Of a DNA stretch of 64,000 bases, positions 52,183 through 63,200 are shown piece after piece. The notes below the pieces were generated by a model. It saw only the letters and a list, made by a program, of their open reading frames with translations. It searched no databases and had not been told where the DNA came from. The translations under genes were made by a program, and so were the position numbers. Positions within the stretch are counted from its first letter, which is position 1, and each line of letters opens with the position of its first letter. Where the stretch lies: contig NC_042998.1 of the NCBI RefSeq assembly GCF_006345805.1, positions 39,742,001 to 39,806,000 on the forward strand, written 5' to 3'. Origin of the DNA: Octopus sinensis (taxonomy: Eukaryota).

Positions 52183-52790
52183 ATCATCATCATCATCATC
52201 ATTTAGCGTCCGTTTTCCATGCTAGCATGGGTTGGACGGTTCTACTGGGGTCTGTGAAGCCAGAAGGCTTCATCAGGCCCAGTCAAATCTGGCAGTGTTT
52301 CTACGGCTGGATGCCCTTCCTAACGCCAACCATTCCGTGAGTGTAGTGGGTGCTTTTTACGTGCCACCCGCACTGGTGCCAGACAGAGCTGGCAAACGGC
52401 CACGAACGGATGGTGCTTTTTATGTGCCACCGGCACGAGGGCCAGGCGAGGCTGGCAACGGACACGAAACGGGGCGGTGCTGGCAACGGTCGCGAAACGG
52501 AAAGTTCTCTTACATGCCACCGGCACTGGTAACACATCTGCAATTTCCATTGATCGATTTCCATTTATCGATTTCGATTCTGATCCTCACTTGCCTCAAT
52601 GGGTCTTCACAAGCAGAGTTTCGACATGCCACCGGCACTGGTAGCACATCCGCAATTTCCATTGATCGATTTCGATTCTGATCCTCACTTGCCTCAACAC
52701 GTCTTCACAAGTAGAGTTTTGTGTCCCAAGAAGGGAAGGTATGCATACGTAGGCTGGCTCCATCCCATGTAGAAGGCCACGGGTTGTGGA
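52183..52790 (-). mobile_element. RTE-family 3' end, young copy (near twin of 714-1243)
   Basis: About ten differences from 714-1243 over about 490 bp by manual count; extends about 100 bp further 5'. Confidence 0.85.
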
Positions 52791-54671
52791 TGCTTATAAT
52801 GCAATAACTAAGTCTGTAAGTAAAAAGGAAGGAAAAGATAATTGAAGCCTACAGTTGTTTCAGAAGCACATTGGATGCATCATATATGACATTACCAGTG
52901 TCCCATAACTGTCCTCTGTGCTTTGTCCTCCAGTACTTATGACTTTTTAGTTGTGAAATTAGACTGCTGCAGAGGAGAATGCAAAGATTAGGTTAACAGA
53001 AAAAAAAAATGAAAAAAATGCGAGTGGAGATTGGAATCAATAAAGAAGCAATGCTTATTCACCAATTACCTTAGTGATATGGTTTCATTTTGTTATCAGC
53101 ATACTCAGATTTAAGTAATAGCTTTAGTAGATTATGATCTCATTAATAAAAATGTAGTGTCAATGATGGGAAACCATTGAGCTGAAAGCTGAGGTGTTTA
53201 TTGCTTATGGTAGATAAAAATGAGTAATAAAAGCCCTTATGGAAGAGAAACAGTGGGAGAAGTGAAATAAATAGAAAAGAAGAAAGGACAAAGATGATGG
53301 TCAAAGGTTATTTGTATGATAATACATAAACCTATATATTGTTGCTATTATACAAAAGTGTCATAAGTCCAAAACTTTGCTTTTTCAGAAAACAAAAAAA
53401 TAGTTTCACCATTCCATAGCAAAACCATTGTACTACACTTTGACAATTTTTGATATCTTGGCATCTCAAGCAGCTGGAGATATGATAGTTTGATCAAAAG
53501 AACTGGTTATTGTAAGCAAAAATAAATATTGAAAAATACGCATTTGGCCAAATTTGGACATACGACAGTTTAACATAATCATCATCGTTTAACATCTGCT
53601 TTCCATGCTGGCATAGGTTGGATGGTTTGACCAGGGACTGGCAAGCGAGGAGGGAGCACCAGGCTCCAATCTGATCTGGTAAGGTTTCTACAGCTTGATG
53701 CCCTTCTTAACGCCAACCATTCCGAGAGTGTAGTGGATGCTTTTTACTTGCCAGTGGATCGTAAAAAGCAACGATTTATATGTTTATATAATTAATAGCA
53801 TTGGGTGCAGTGTTAATACTTAAAAAAGTAATCTTGACCTCACAATTAAAATGGAGGTTGTGTTAGAACACAGAATACTGTGTCATTTACCCTGGGAGGA
53901 ACTAAATAAGGACTAGTGGTGCATGAGAACACTCCAAATTATATTGTTGACAGACAAGAATTATCTGCTATGGCTGCCAGAATGGCCAGATCCTGGGATT
54001 TCACCCTACTATGATAGACGGCCAGCTGCAGCATAATAACCAAATCTTCCATTAACAATATATAGACTATCAGTGTCTACTCAGGTGTTATATATTTTAG
54101 TTATCAGTATTCAATATAGTCTTGGCACATCAACACGTGGGAAGCCAGAAATGGTAGGTACAATAACATAGAGTTCACAGTGAGGTAAACAACGATGAAG
54201 GCATCAGGTGTTGGGAGGAGACTGGAGATAGGTAAGTATCAAATCCAATTTAAGCCATAAATGCAATTTTGGGGTTGATTGCAGGTATGGCATACATAGA
54301 AAAACAGAACACAAATGGCATGAACTTTAAAGGCTATTTGTGTGGGTGTGTATGTTTATCTTAGCTTCAAGTTATGTTGCTGTTGTCATCTCTCCTGTCA
54401 ACAAATAGCTTGATCAAAGACATGATGTAAGTTATCCCTTGTAAATGAGATTTGGGTTATGGAAACCCATATTGAGCCATGTATCTTAAAACATTCAACC
54501 CATGGCAACAGGGAAAAACAGGCATAAAAATGGACAAACAAAATCACTTATATGTGATTTTCATACTGACATTGGTTGGATGCTGGATTGTGTGTGTGTG
54601 TGTGTGTCCAGTCATTATTCATTTATTTGTTCTTTCTACTTCAAGTTATCAAGTTTTTGTTTTTTTGCTAG

Positions 54672-54730
54672 GAAAATATATTTATTGTCCCAGAATGGAT
54701 ACGAAATGACATCAGTTCTACAAAGATTCG
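54672..54730 (+). CDS. NMNAT: NMNAT coding exon 7 (ENIFIVPEWIRNDISSTKI-R)
   Basis: TTTTTTGCTAG acceptor and CG|GTGAGT donor; 59 nt, phase 0 to 2. ISSTKIR is the NMNAT/NadD C-terminal ATP-binding motif. Confidence 0.97.
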
Positions 54731-55408
54731 GTGAGTTTATCTTTCAGTTTCTTTCCCCCTCTTCCTTTCCCCCCTTCTGTCTGTTTCTCTCTTTCTCTCT
54801 TCCCTCTAGATGGCTATATTGTTTGTTATATAAAATATAAATGCTAAGCAATGATGCATGTAAATATAAACTTGTTACCAGTTCAAATATGCTTCTCACA
54901 TATACAAACCCCATAGGAAATCCATTCACTGTATTTTTTTGTGGAGAACCAGGTCAATGGATGCATGTATTTCAGAGTGGTTATTTCTCTTCAGCATCAG
55001 ATACCATAAAGAGGAGTACTAAAAACTGATAGGAGATGGATATCTCTTATTATATTGCAGCCATCATATTATGATACAATTATTTGTATCTATCTGTCAA
55101 TCTGTCTCTCTCCTCTTCCCCCTCTCCCCTCTCTATCCCTTACCCATCTTACTCTTCCCTCTCTCTCCCCTCCTGTCTACCCCCCTCTCACTCTCTCTAT
55201 CTCGCCTATCTCCCCCTCTCCTCTCTCTCACCCTCCCATCTTTCCTCTATATTGTTCTTTTGCATCTGTCTTTCCCTTTGTCTTTTATTTGTCTTTTCTT
55301 TTCCTTTATTCATTTCTTTCTTTCTGTCTTGTGCTGGTGGTGGTGGGGGTGGGGGTGGGGGGCACTAATAAAAAGGATCAGGATTGTGATTATGAAATTC
55401 TATTGCAG

Positions 55409-55511
55409 CCGAGCTTTGCGGCGTGGTGAAAGTGTGAAATTCCTCTTGCAAGAACCAGTCATAGATTATATTTACCAGCACCAACTCTATAACATAAACA
55501 CTTTCAAGTAA
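55409..55511 (+). CDS. NMNAT: NMNAT coding exon 8 (RALRRGESVKFLLQEPVIDYIYQHQLYNINTFK*), terminal exon of the 256-aa isoform
   Basis: TTGCAG acceptor, phase 2. Conserved RRALRRG.SV..L....VI.YI..H.LY pattern. Exons 1-8 total 771 nt = 257 codons. Confidence 0.96.
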
Positions 55512-56344
55512 GTCTTCAATTTCTACTTAATTTCCTTTAATTATGTATTACTGTATTACTGGTATCAAGTTGTTGCCACCACCATATCTCACAGTATTTA
55601 GCCTGCCTGTTTACTTGAGTATCTTCTCTGATGCCTGAGCAACTACTGGAACTAGAAACCATAAAGGATTTTAAACATTATTAGCACCAAATGCATTAGG
55701 ACAAGAAATCAAACCACTAATGGGACTTAAAAGATTTATCTAGCACTTGTCTGTTTCTGTTTTATGTGTCAAATTAGCTCTTATAATATACATGGAAGCA
55801 TTGAAGGAAATTTACAGAAGATTGTTGAAGTAAATATTATGGAAGTATCAGAAAAAAAACTTATGTAAGGTGTCAATCATTAATGTCTTGCATTTAGTGT
55901 CGTTAGTAGTTGTAAGAAGACAGTTTGGTTCACATGTAAAGGAAAATAGTGAGGGTAAAATTTATGGGATTAATATCAGTTGTTAATGATTTAAAATTAG
56001 TCTTGATTAGATCCAGAGAATGTCACTTCATTTTTATTGTTAGGAGATATAACTAGCTGCTGCAGCATGTACGGTTTCTCTCAGAGGCAAAGGCCATTGC
56101 TGAGTGCACTGGTTGAAAATGGTGGGTGGTGGGTGTAACAATTTATAGATTCCAGATAAAATGGGATGTGTGGGTAGAGTTCTCTCTGTCTTTGGATTTG
56201 AGTGCAAGTTTTGAGCATGCCCACCTTGTAAGTCTTGTGCACTACCCTGGAATACACACACACACATATAGATTCCAAATGACAAAGAACATTTCAAATA
56301 ACAACTCCCAAAATACCTTCTTTCAAAACCCATGAAAACAAATC

Positions 56345-56350
56345 AATAAA
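56345..56350 (+). promoter_or_regulatory. Candidate intronic poly(A) signal for the short NMNAT isoform
   Basis: AATAAA between the exon 8 stop and the exon 9 acceptor. In AT-rich DNA this could be chance. Confidence 0.35.
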
Positions 56351-56589
56351 TAGCTTTTGGCCAAATCCCGATTACCTCCTTTTTCTTCATGCATAAAATT
56401 TTGTACACTACTTCAAACAATCTATACACATACATACATACACACACACACACACACCACACACACACACACACACACATCTGGTAATACATTGTTTATA
56501 TTGGTTTGTATTGTTTACTAAAGCACTGTTGAGTAGATTTATGTGTGAAGGAGAAGGTTGCAACTAATAGTTTCATTTCCTCTTCTCAG

Positions 56590-56857
56590 GTCTAACAAGA
56601 ATCTTAATGAGATTGTCAACCTCATGTACTGCCACACATCCAAGAATGTAATAGAAGAGAAAGGAATGTCTTTGCAATCGTCAACCTTCAGTTCCGCAGA
56701 ATTTTCATCTCATTCACCAAAAAGGCAAAGGGAATTTGATGAAACTGATTACATTCAATATTCACCGAAGCGCAGGACATGTATGGGAGATATTGGCGGC
56801 TTGATGCGTAAAGTGAAAAGTGCCAGAATGGCTTTTACACCGGAAACATGTGTTTAA
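56590..56857 (+). CDS. NMNAT: Predicted NMNAT alternative terminal exon 9 (K-SNKNLNE...SPKRQR...SPKRR...FTPETCV*), giving a 344-aa isoform
   Basis: TTTCATTTCCTCTTCTCAG acceptor. In phase with the AA|GTAAGT donor at 55507/55508. Open for 89 codons in repeat-free sequence. Confidence 0.75.
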
Positions 56858-57018
56858 AGAAAAATTTTAAAAACATGCAAAAGGAAAAACAAATACCTGA
56901 GCAAGACCCAAATTAAAAACAATTTATGACTGTTCCTTTTAGCCTTTTCTGCGTGGCTTATTGTTGATGTAATTACCTATGCAAACACAAGGATTATTGT
57001 TATTATATATATATATAT

Positions 57019-57410
57019 TTCTTTTTCTTTTACTTGTTTCAGTCATCTGACTGCGGCCATGCTGGAGCACCGCTTTTAGTCAAGCAAATCGACCCCAGGA
57101 CTTATTCTTTTTAAGCCTAGTACTTATTCTATCAGTCTCTTTTGCCAAACCGCTAAGTTACGGGGATATAAACACACCAGCATCCGTTGTGAAGCGATGT
57201 TGGGGGAACAAACACAGACATACATACACACACATATATATATATACATACAATGGGCTTCTTTCAGTTTCCGTCGACCAAATCCACACACAAGGCTTTG
57301 GTCAGCCGAAGGCTATAGTGGAAAACATTTGCCCAAGGTGCCACACAGTGGGACTGAACCTGGAACCATGTGGTTGGTAAGCAAGCTATTTACCACACAG
57401 CCATTCCTGC
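57019..57410 (-). mobile_element. tRNA-derived SINE, family A
   Basis: Aligns by eye with 12275-12577, with a more complete middle section. Confidence 0.8.
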
Positions 57411-57466
57411 ACTTATATTTCAAGCTACTTGCCACACAGCCACTCATGTGCCTATATATATATATA

Positions 57467-58290
57467 TTGGTCCAGCCCATAAATAATGCAGTTGTTTATA
57501 CTTCTTTTATTTTTCAAAATTAAGATAAACAAAGTTCTTTTTTAATCTAAAATGTACTCTCCTTTATTATCTACAATGCTCTTCCATCTATCTGGTAGAC
57601 TTGCAAAGCCCCTCATCCAAAATACACTTGTCTGTGATGAAAAATACTCCTCCAGTACTGTTCTGACCTCATCTGCAGAATTCATGTTTTTTCCGTTCAA
57701 ATGATTTTGAAGAATGTGGAATAAATGATAATCAGATGGTGCAAAGTCTGGCAAATATGGTGGGTGGGGCATCGTTTCCCATTCAAACTGCTCCAAACTT
57801 TGGAATGTCATCATCGCTGTATGTTGCCAAGCATTATCCTGATGGAAGAACACCTTTTGTCTTGAAACCAAAGATGGTTTTCTTCTTCCAGCACTGACTT
57901 GAATGACTAGTTGAATGACCAAATCCCAGCAATGGGATTTTGTTCCACTAGGGTTAGCAGGACATCCTTGTCTAGATCTACAGATCTTCCAGGACATGGC
58001 TCGTCTTTGACACTGTAGCTTCTGGCTCAGAATTTCTGGAACCATCCTTGACACTGGCTTTCACTTATTGTCTGATCCCCATATGCTGCATTAATATTTC
58101 TCATACTTTCCATTACATTGCTGCCTTTATTGAACTCATAAAGTAAAATATGCTGAATATGCTCCTTTGTCACTTCTATTATAGTTTTGAAAAAATAATT
58201 GTTAAAATCAAACCACACTCTTCAAAACTTGCACTAAGAATAAGGACAAGGTAAAATCTCTTCCTGCTTTTATAGCAAGTTGATGCAGGT
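57467..58290 (-). mobile_element. Internally deleted mariner (DD34D) element
   Basis: TA|TTGGTCCAGCCCATAAATAAT terminus. EHIQHILLYEF..WFQKF (58027-58218). FFHQDNAWQH..HPPYLPDFAPSDYHLF (57542-58054). Confidence 0.85.
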
Positions 58291-59765
58291 ATATATATAT
58301 ATATGTATGTATGTATACATATGCATTGTTTTCTATATTTGTTTTGTGTATAAATATATGTTAAACATATGGAGAGGATACTGTATGAAACCTAACCTGT
58401 CCAACCTTGGTAGGATAAGGAAAGGGATGTCAAAATGCTGATGAATGAAATTGTGTAATATCAACAAATAAAATTAATCTGTTATTGTATAAACCCACAA
58501 AACACAACACCATTGTATCTCCCACTTTTGTTAATAATTTCACTGTTTGTTATTTTAAGAAACAATAAAAACAAAATCTACAACATCATTAACTTCTGAA
58601 TGTTATTAAAATCTTTCTTGTAGCAATTAAAAAGTACAATGCATCATCATCATTTAACTCTTATATGTATATATATATATAACACAAATAAGTAACAAGG
58701 ATGTCCCAGCATCAGTGCATTACGGCTGTTTCAAGCGGTTCCATTTAATTGATCATTGCAAACATAACATCGGTTTGAAAGAAACCGCTCTCCCCGGATG
58801 TGTACGACCACAGAGATTTCCAACACACAGGATACTCCATCATAATTTTTTTAGCAAATTTTTCATTAGAACTAGAGACTAAAATACATTGCTTCTTTCT
58901 GCTATTATTGTAGCAGAATGAATTTAGGTAAAAAAAAATACCTAAATCCTACTATAATTTAGAGAGGCAGAAGGAAATAATGTGTGTGTGTGTGTGTGGT
59001 GGGGTCAATAAAGAGGAATGGTGATATAGCTACATTCATTTTTTTTCCTTATCACATTCAACAGACCCAATATAGCAAGTAGTTTACATCCCCTTAGAAT
59101 TAAAACCATTTTTGTTGTTGGTGATTGATTAATGTCTGATTCTCTTCCTCGCCCTTTTTTCACTATGACCATAAAGTCAGCCATACCTACATAACAGAAT
59201 ATGTCTCAGAAGATGCGAGTAAGATAATGATATTAAGACAGGGTGATAACCAGAAAGAGGAAGGGCAGGGGTGGTTTAAAATATGATTATAAACTAGAAC
59301 GCACCTAAAATGGAAAACAAAGGAGGTCGTATTGAGATCTAAGTGTGAGAATTAGGAATATGGGGTGGGATTGGAGGTAGGAATGTGCATTTAAACTTAG
59401 CAAAACTTATCTATTAAAATTTAGAAAAGGATTTAAGGACCTAGTAAGAGAAGAAGGATAGATAGAACAATCTAAGCCATAAGAGTGGGGTACTTTTATA
59501 TAAAAAGAAACCTCATAATGCTTATTTCTAGCATAATGTTAAGGTGGTCTAGATAAAACTATTCAACAATGAATCTAATAAAATTCAGATATCATCCAAG
59601 TAGGGGTATACATTTTCTATTGTATCAAAAGCAAAGATTAAGAGCTAAAAAATAAGATAAATATTTCTGTAACAGGTACACTTAAAGGCCTTGGAAAAAT
59701 ATGTATATAAAAAAATTATCAACATTTTGAAAAAATCTGAAAGGATATATTATGGTATAAAAATA

Positions 59766-59799
<34 letters not shown>

Positions 59800-60239
59800 G
59801 AAGTATATAATGTCATTATAAAATATAAATATAAATACCATATTGTATTGTATTATATCATGGTTACTATAGAGAAAAGTTACAAACTCCTTTACAATCT
59901 ATAGAGATTTCACCAATATATATGAGGGTGTATATAGATATACAAAATACAATAATATGATATAAGATAAAAGAATAAATAAAATAAAATAAAGCAGAAT
60001 TAAAGGAAAAAAATATTTGTATAAAATTTCAATAAAGGATTTATAAAATGAAGAAAAGAAAGAAACTAAGATAAAAATTTTACATTGCGAATGCCATAAA
60101 ATATGTACTGGATATAAAAAGAGAGATAAAAGATAAGAAATAAGGATAAGTCAAGGTATTCATAACAAAAGCGAATTAAAAAATAAATAAGATAAAGGTA
60201 CCATTGGAAATGGTTTTATAAGATATTTGTAAGATATAT

Positions 60240-63200
60240 TATTACAAGCACAGATGAGTGTAGAATCATAACAGTTCTTAGTGGGTGTTTATTATACTTA
60301 AGGGTGGTGTAGGATCTTAAATCGTCATGGTTTATTTTTTCTTCTTCTTTCACTTTGATCCTGTTGTCACCGGGTTATGCTATGTCGATAATCATACATG
60401 TTCTTTCTTTTTTATTCACCACAACAATGTCCTGTTCCATTGTCTGGTCAGGTGATCGCACTGGATCATTACATCCCACCAGATTTTGCGGTTCTCATTC
60501 TTGGTGACTCCTTCTGGGGTTTGTTCATACTGTAGTGATCCTATACAACGGTGCGTGCGCGCGCACCGTCCATTTTCTATTTCACGCGTGCGAGTGTTGG
60601 TGCCTTCACCAAGGCACAGAAAGGAAGGGCCCTCTCGCGCATGCGCGAACCACCGGAAGCACGACCCTTTTGCCTACGTGGTAGTTAGCCAAGGCAAGGG
60701 GGTCGTAGAACGTTTGACCGCTAGCAGCAGCAGCCAACGACTTGGGACAGCAGCGACCGAAGGCAACGGACGTATATTTTTTCGCTGTCCAGCTCTGATA
60801 GCAGTCGGCCGAAGGTTTTAACCAAATTGTTGCAGACCAACATCGTCTCCATTGTTCGCCGCCATCTTTGACCAGTGTCGTTTTGCATTTGAACACTTTT
60901 TTATTTTACAGAGATAAGTTTCAGCACTGACACATTTATACCAAGGATACCAGATAACCACTTATTGTTACTGTTACCACATTAGAGAATAAAGTAGGAT
61001 ATATATCTTTTACGTCTGCGTCTTGTTGTTTCTGACTGGTAGAATTCTGGATTATTAAAGCAACGGCTAGTGATTTGCTTTGTGCACCCCAAAAGTGCAC
61101 GAGTATTCACACAAAGTTTCGTTACAGTGGTGACCCCGACGTGATTCTGGTCTAAAACCAGAGATCACTGAACAACAAAAAAAATCCAGTTTTTCTGCGA
61201 AGTCGGAACACGATTTAACTCTACGCAGTCATCATCTTTCGACGATTTGTTTCCGGCCACCACAAACAGTTGTAGAAGGAGCCTCTTTCTTATTCTACAG
61301 CCATGATGACGAACGTCATCATATCAACGATGCCTTTTCTCCACCTTCGTCATCTTTCTACTTCACGTCGTCGTTATCTTCGTCGCCATCATCACTAAGA
61401 ACGATGTTGTCTCAAGTCCACTACAGTCGCCACCACCACCGTCGCCTTTCAACACCGTCGACCTCCACAAGATGTACATAGCAACTCGCGGAACTTTAGC
61501 TTTCCCGCTGTTCGTGCATAGCGCGCCAAGAATTAACAGCCCAGCACTATCTACGAGATTTCTTCTGTACCCAGTTAACCTGTCACAGCATCGAAGCTAC
61601 AACCGCTACACATTGTGTTCAACCGGCATCTGCATTTGTGATTTCAACATTCTGTTACAGAACGAACTGCTATTGTGCATCAGGCTATTACAGACTGGTA
61701 AACTAACTCCATTGTCTGGAATAGCCATGAGAGACATTTTTTCTATGCGCTGTATTTATTTTTTTGCTCGCATTTCACCTTGTATGTATTTCTGTCGCAC
61801 ACACGTACACACACATAAATGCTATCTCTCACATACATACGTCACACATGCTTTTCTCGCTTGTTTTTTCCATGCTAAATATGCCTTTTGTGGACACACC
61901 TCATTTCTATAGACCCTAGGGGTCACGTATACATAGAGAGGGTTGTTTGTCCATTATAACGCGCCAGCATGTCATACTTTTGTTCCTGTACGAACGAGGC
62001 ATATAATCGCTCAACCACTGGCATATTCATTGCTGTTTTTCGGTCTGGCAAGCACTATTGCATTTCATGCGCCTTTGCTTCGCACGTGTATTGCCTTGTT
62101 TTTTGCAACACGTTTGAGGTAGCTTCATTCTTTTCCCGACTCATAGAATGTCGGATGTTCACATGCTCTGCGCCATGTTTAGGCGTAATTATTTTTCCCT
62201 GTTAGACCACTGTTGGTCACGTAATTAACAGAAAATTATCTGTGTCGCGCATCACACCAGCATGTTTGCACTTTTGCCTTTTGTGTTACTAGCGAGCTTC
62301 TGTCAATTCCATTTCCTCTCCTGCAGCAATTGATTTAACTGCTATTTCGCAGGATCAACTACCTTTAGAGAAGTTGGATTTAATTTCGCCTAGGTTCATT
62401 AACTGTGAGTTTTGCTTTCCCTCCGCTCCTTTCAGCGGAAGGGTTTATACTTTGTGACGTATACACTTTCATGCATGCACTCTTGATTTTTGCTCATTGA
62501 GTATTTTTTTCTCTTTTTCCTTTAGTAAATTTCTTGTGTATGTTATAAATTTTGCCATTTTATTATATTGTGTGCTGTTTAGTTATCTGGTGTCCACCTT
62601 GAGTTTTGCAGTCACTACAATAAGTTTCCTTCGTGCGTACACACTGGAGGGGAGCCTTGTAGTGATCCTATACATTTTTTATTTCGCACGTGCGAGTGTT
62701 GGTGCCTTCACCAAGGCACAGAAAGGAAGGGCCCTCTCGCGCATGCGCGAACCACCGGAAGCACGACCCTTTTGCCTGCGTGGTAGTTAGCCAAGGCAAG
62801 GGGGTCGTAGAACGTTTGACCGCTAGCAGCAGCAGCCAACGACTTGGGACAGCAGCGACCGAAGGCGACGGACGTATATTTTCTCGCTGTCCAGCTTTGA
62901 TAGCAGTCGGCCGAAGGTTTTTACCAAATTGTTGCAGACCAACATCGTCTCCATTGTTCGCCGCCATCTTTGACCAGTGTCGTTTTGCATTTGAACACTT
63001 TCTTATTTTACAGCGATAAGGTTCACTGACACATTTATATCAAGGGATACCAGATAACCACTTATTGTTACTGTTACCACATTAGAGAATAAAGTAGTAT
63101 ATATATTATTTACGTCTGCGTCTTGTTGTTTCTGACTGGTAGAATTCTGGATTATTAAAGCAACGGCTAGTGATTGCCTCTTGTACCCCGAAAGTACAAG

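Noticed and set aside
55055-55511. Long ORFs spanning the CT-rich tract before exon 8
   Set aside because: Only 55409-55511 is NMNAT-like. The upstream part is intronic low-complexity pyrimidine sequence.
59280-60230. Extremely A-rich, purine-biased stretch
   Set aside because: No ORF, termini or motif I can support. It may be a highly decayed retroelement but is unassignable by eye.
61128-61146. Perfect antisense match to the tRNA-Trp 3' end
   Set aside because: It includes the complement of CCA and follows an LTR, so it is a primer-binding site, not a tRNA gene.
61472-62205. 146-aa and 78-aa ORFs inside the LTR element
   Set aside because: Composition is low-complexity and UTR-like, with no Gag, protease, RT or integrase motifs.
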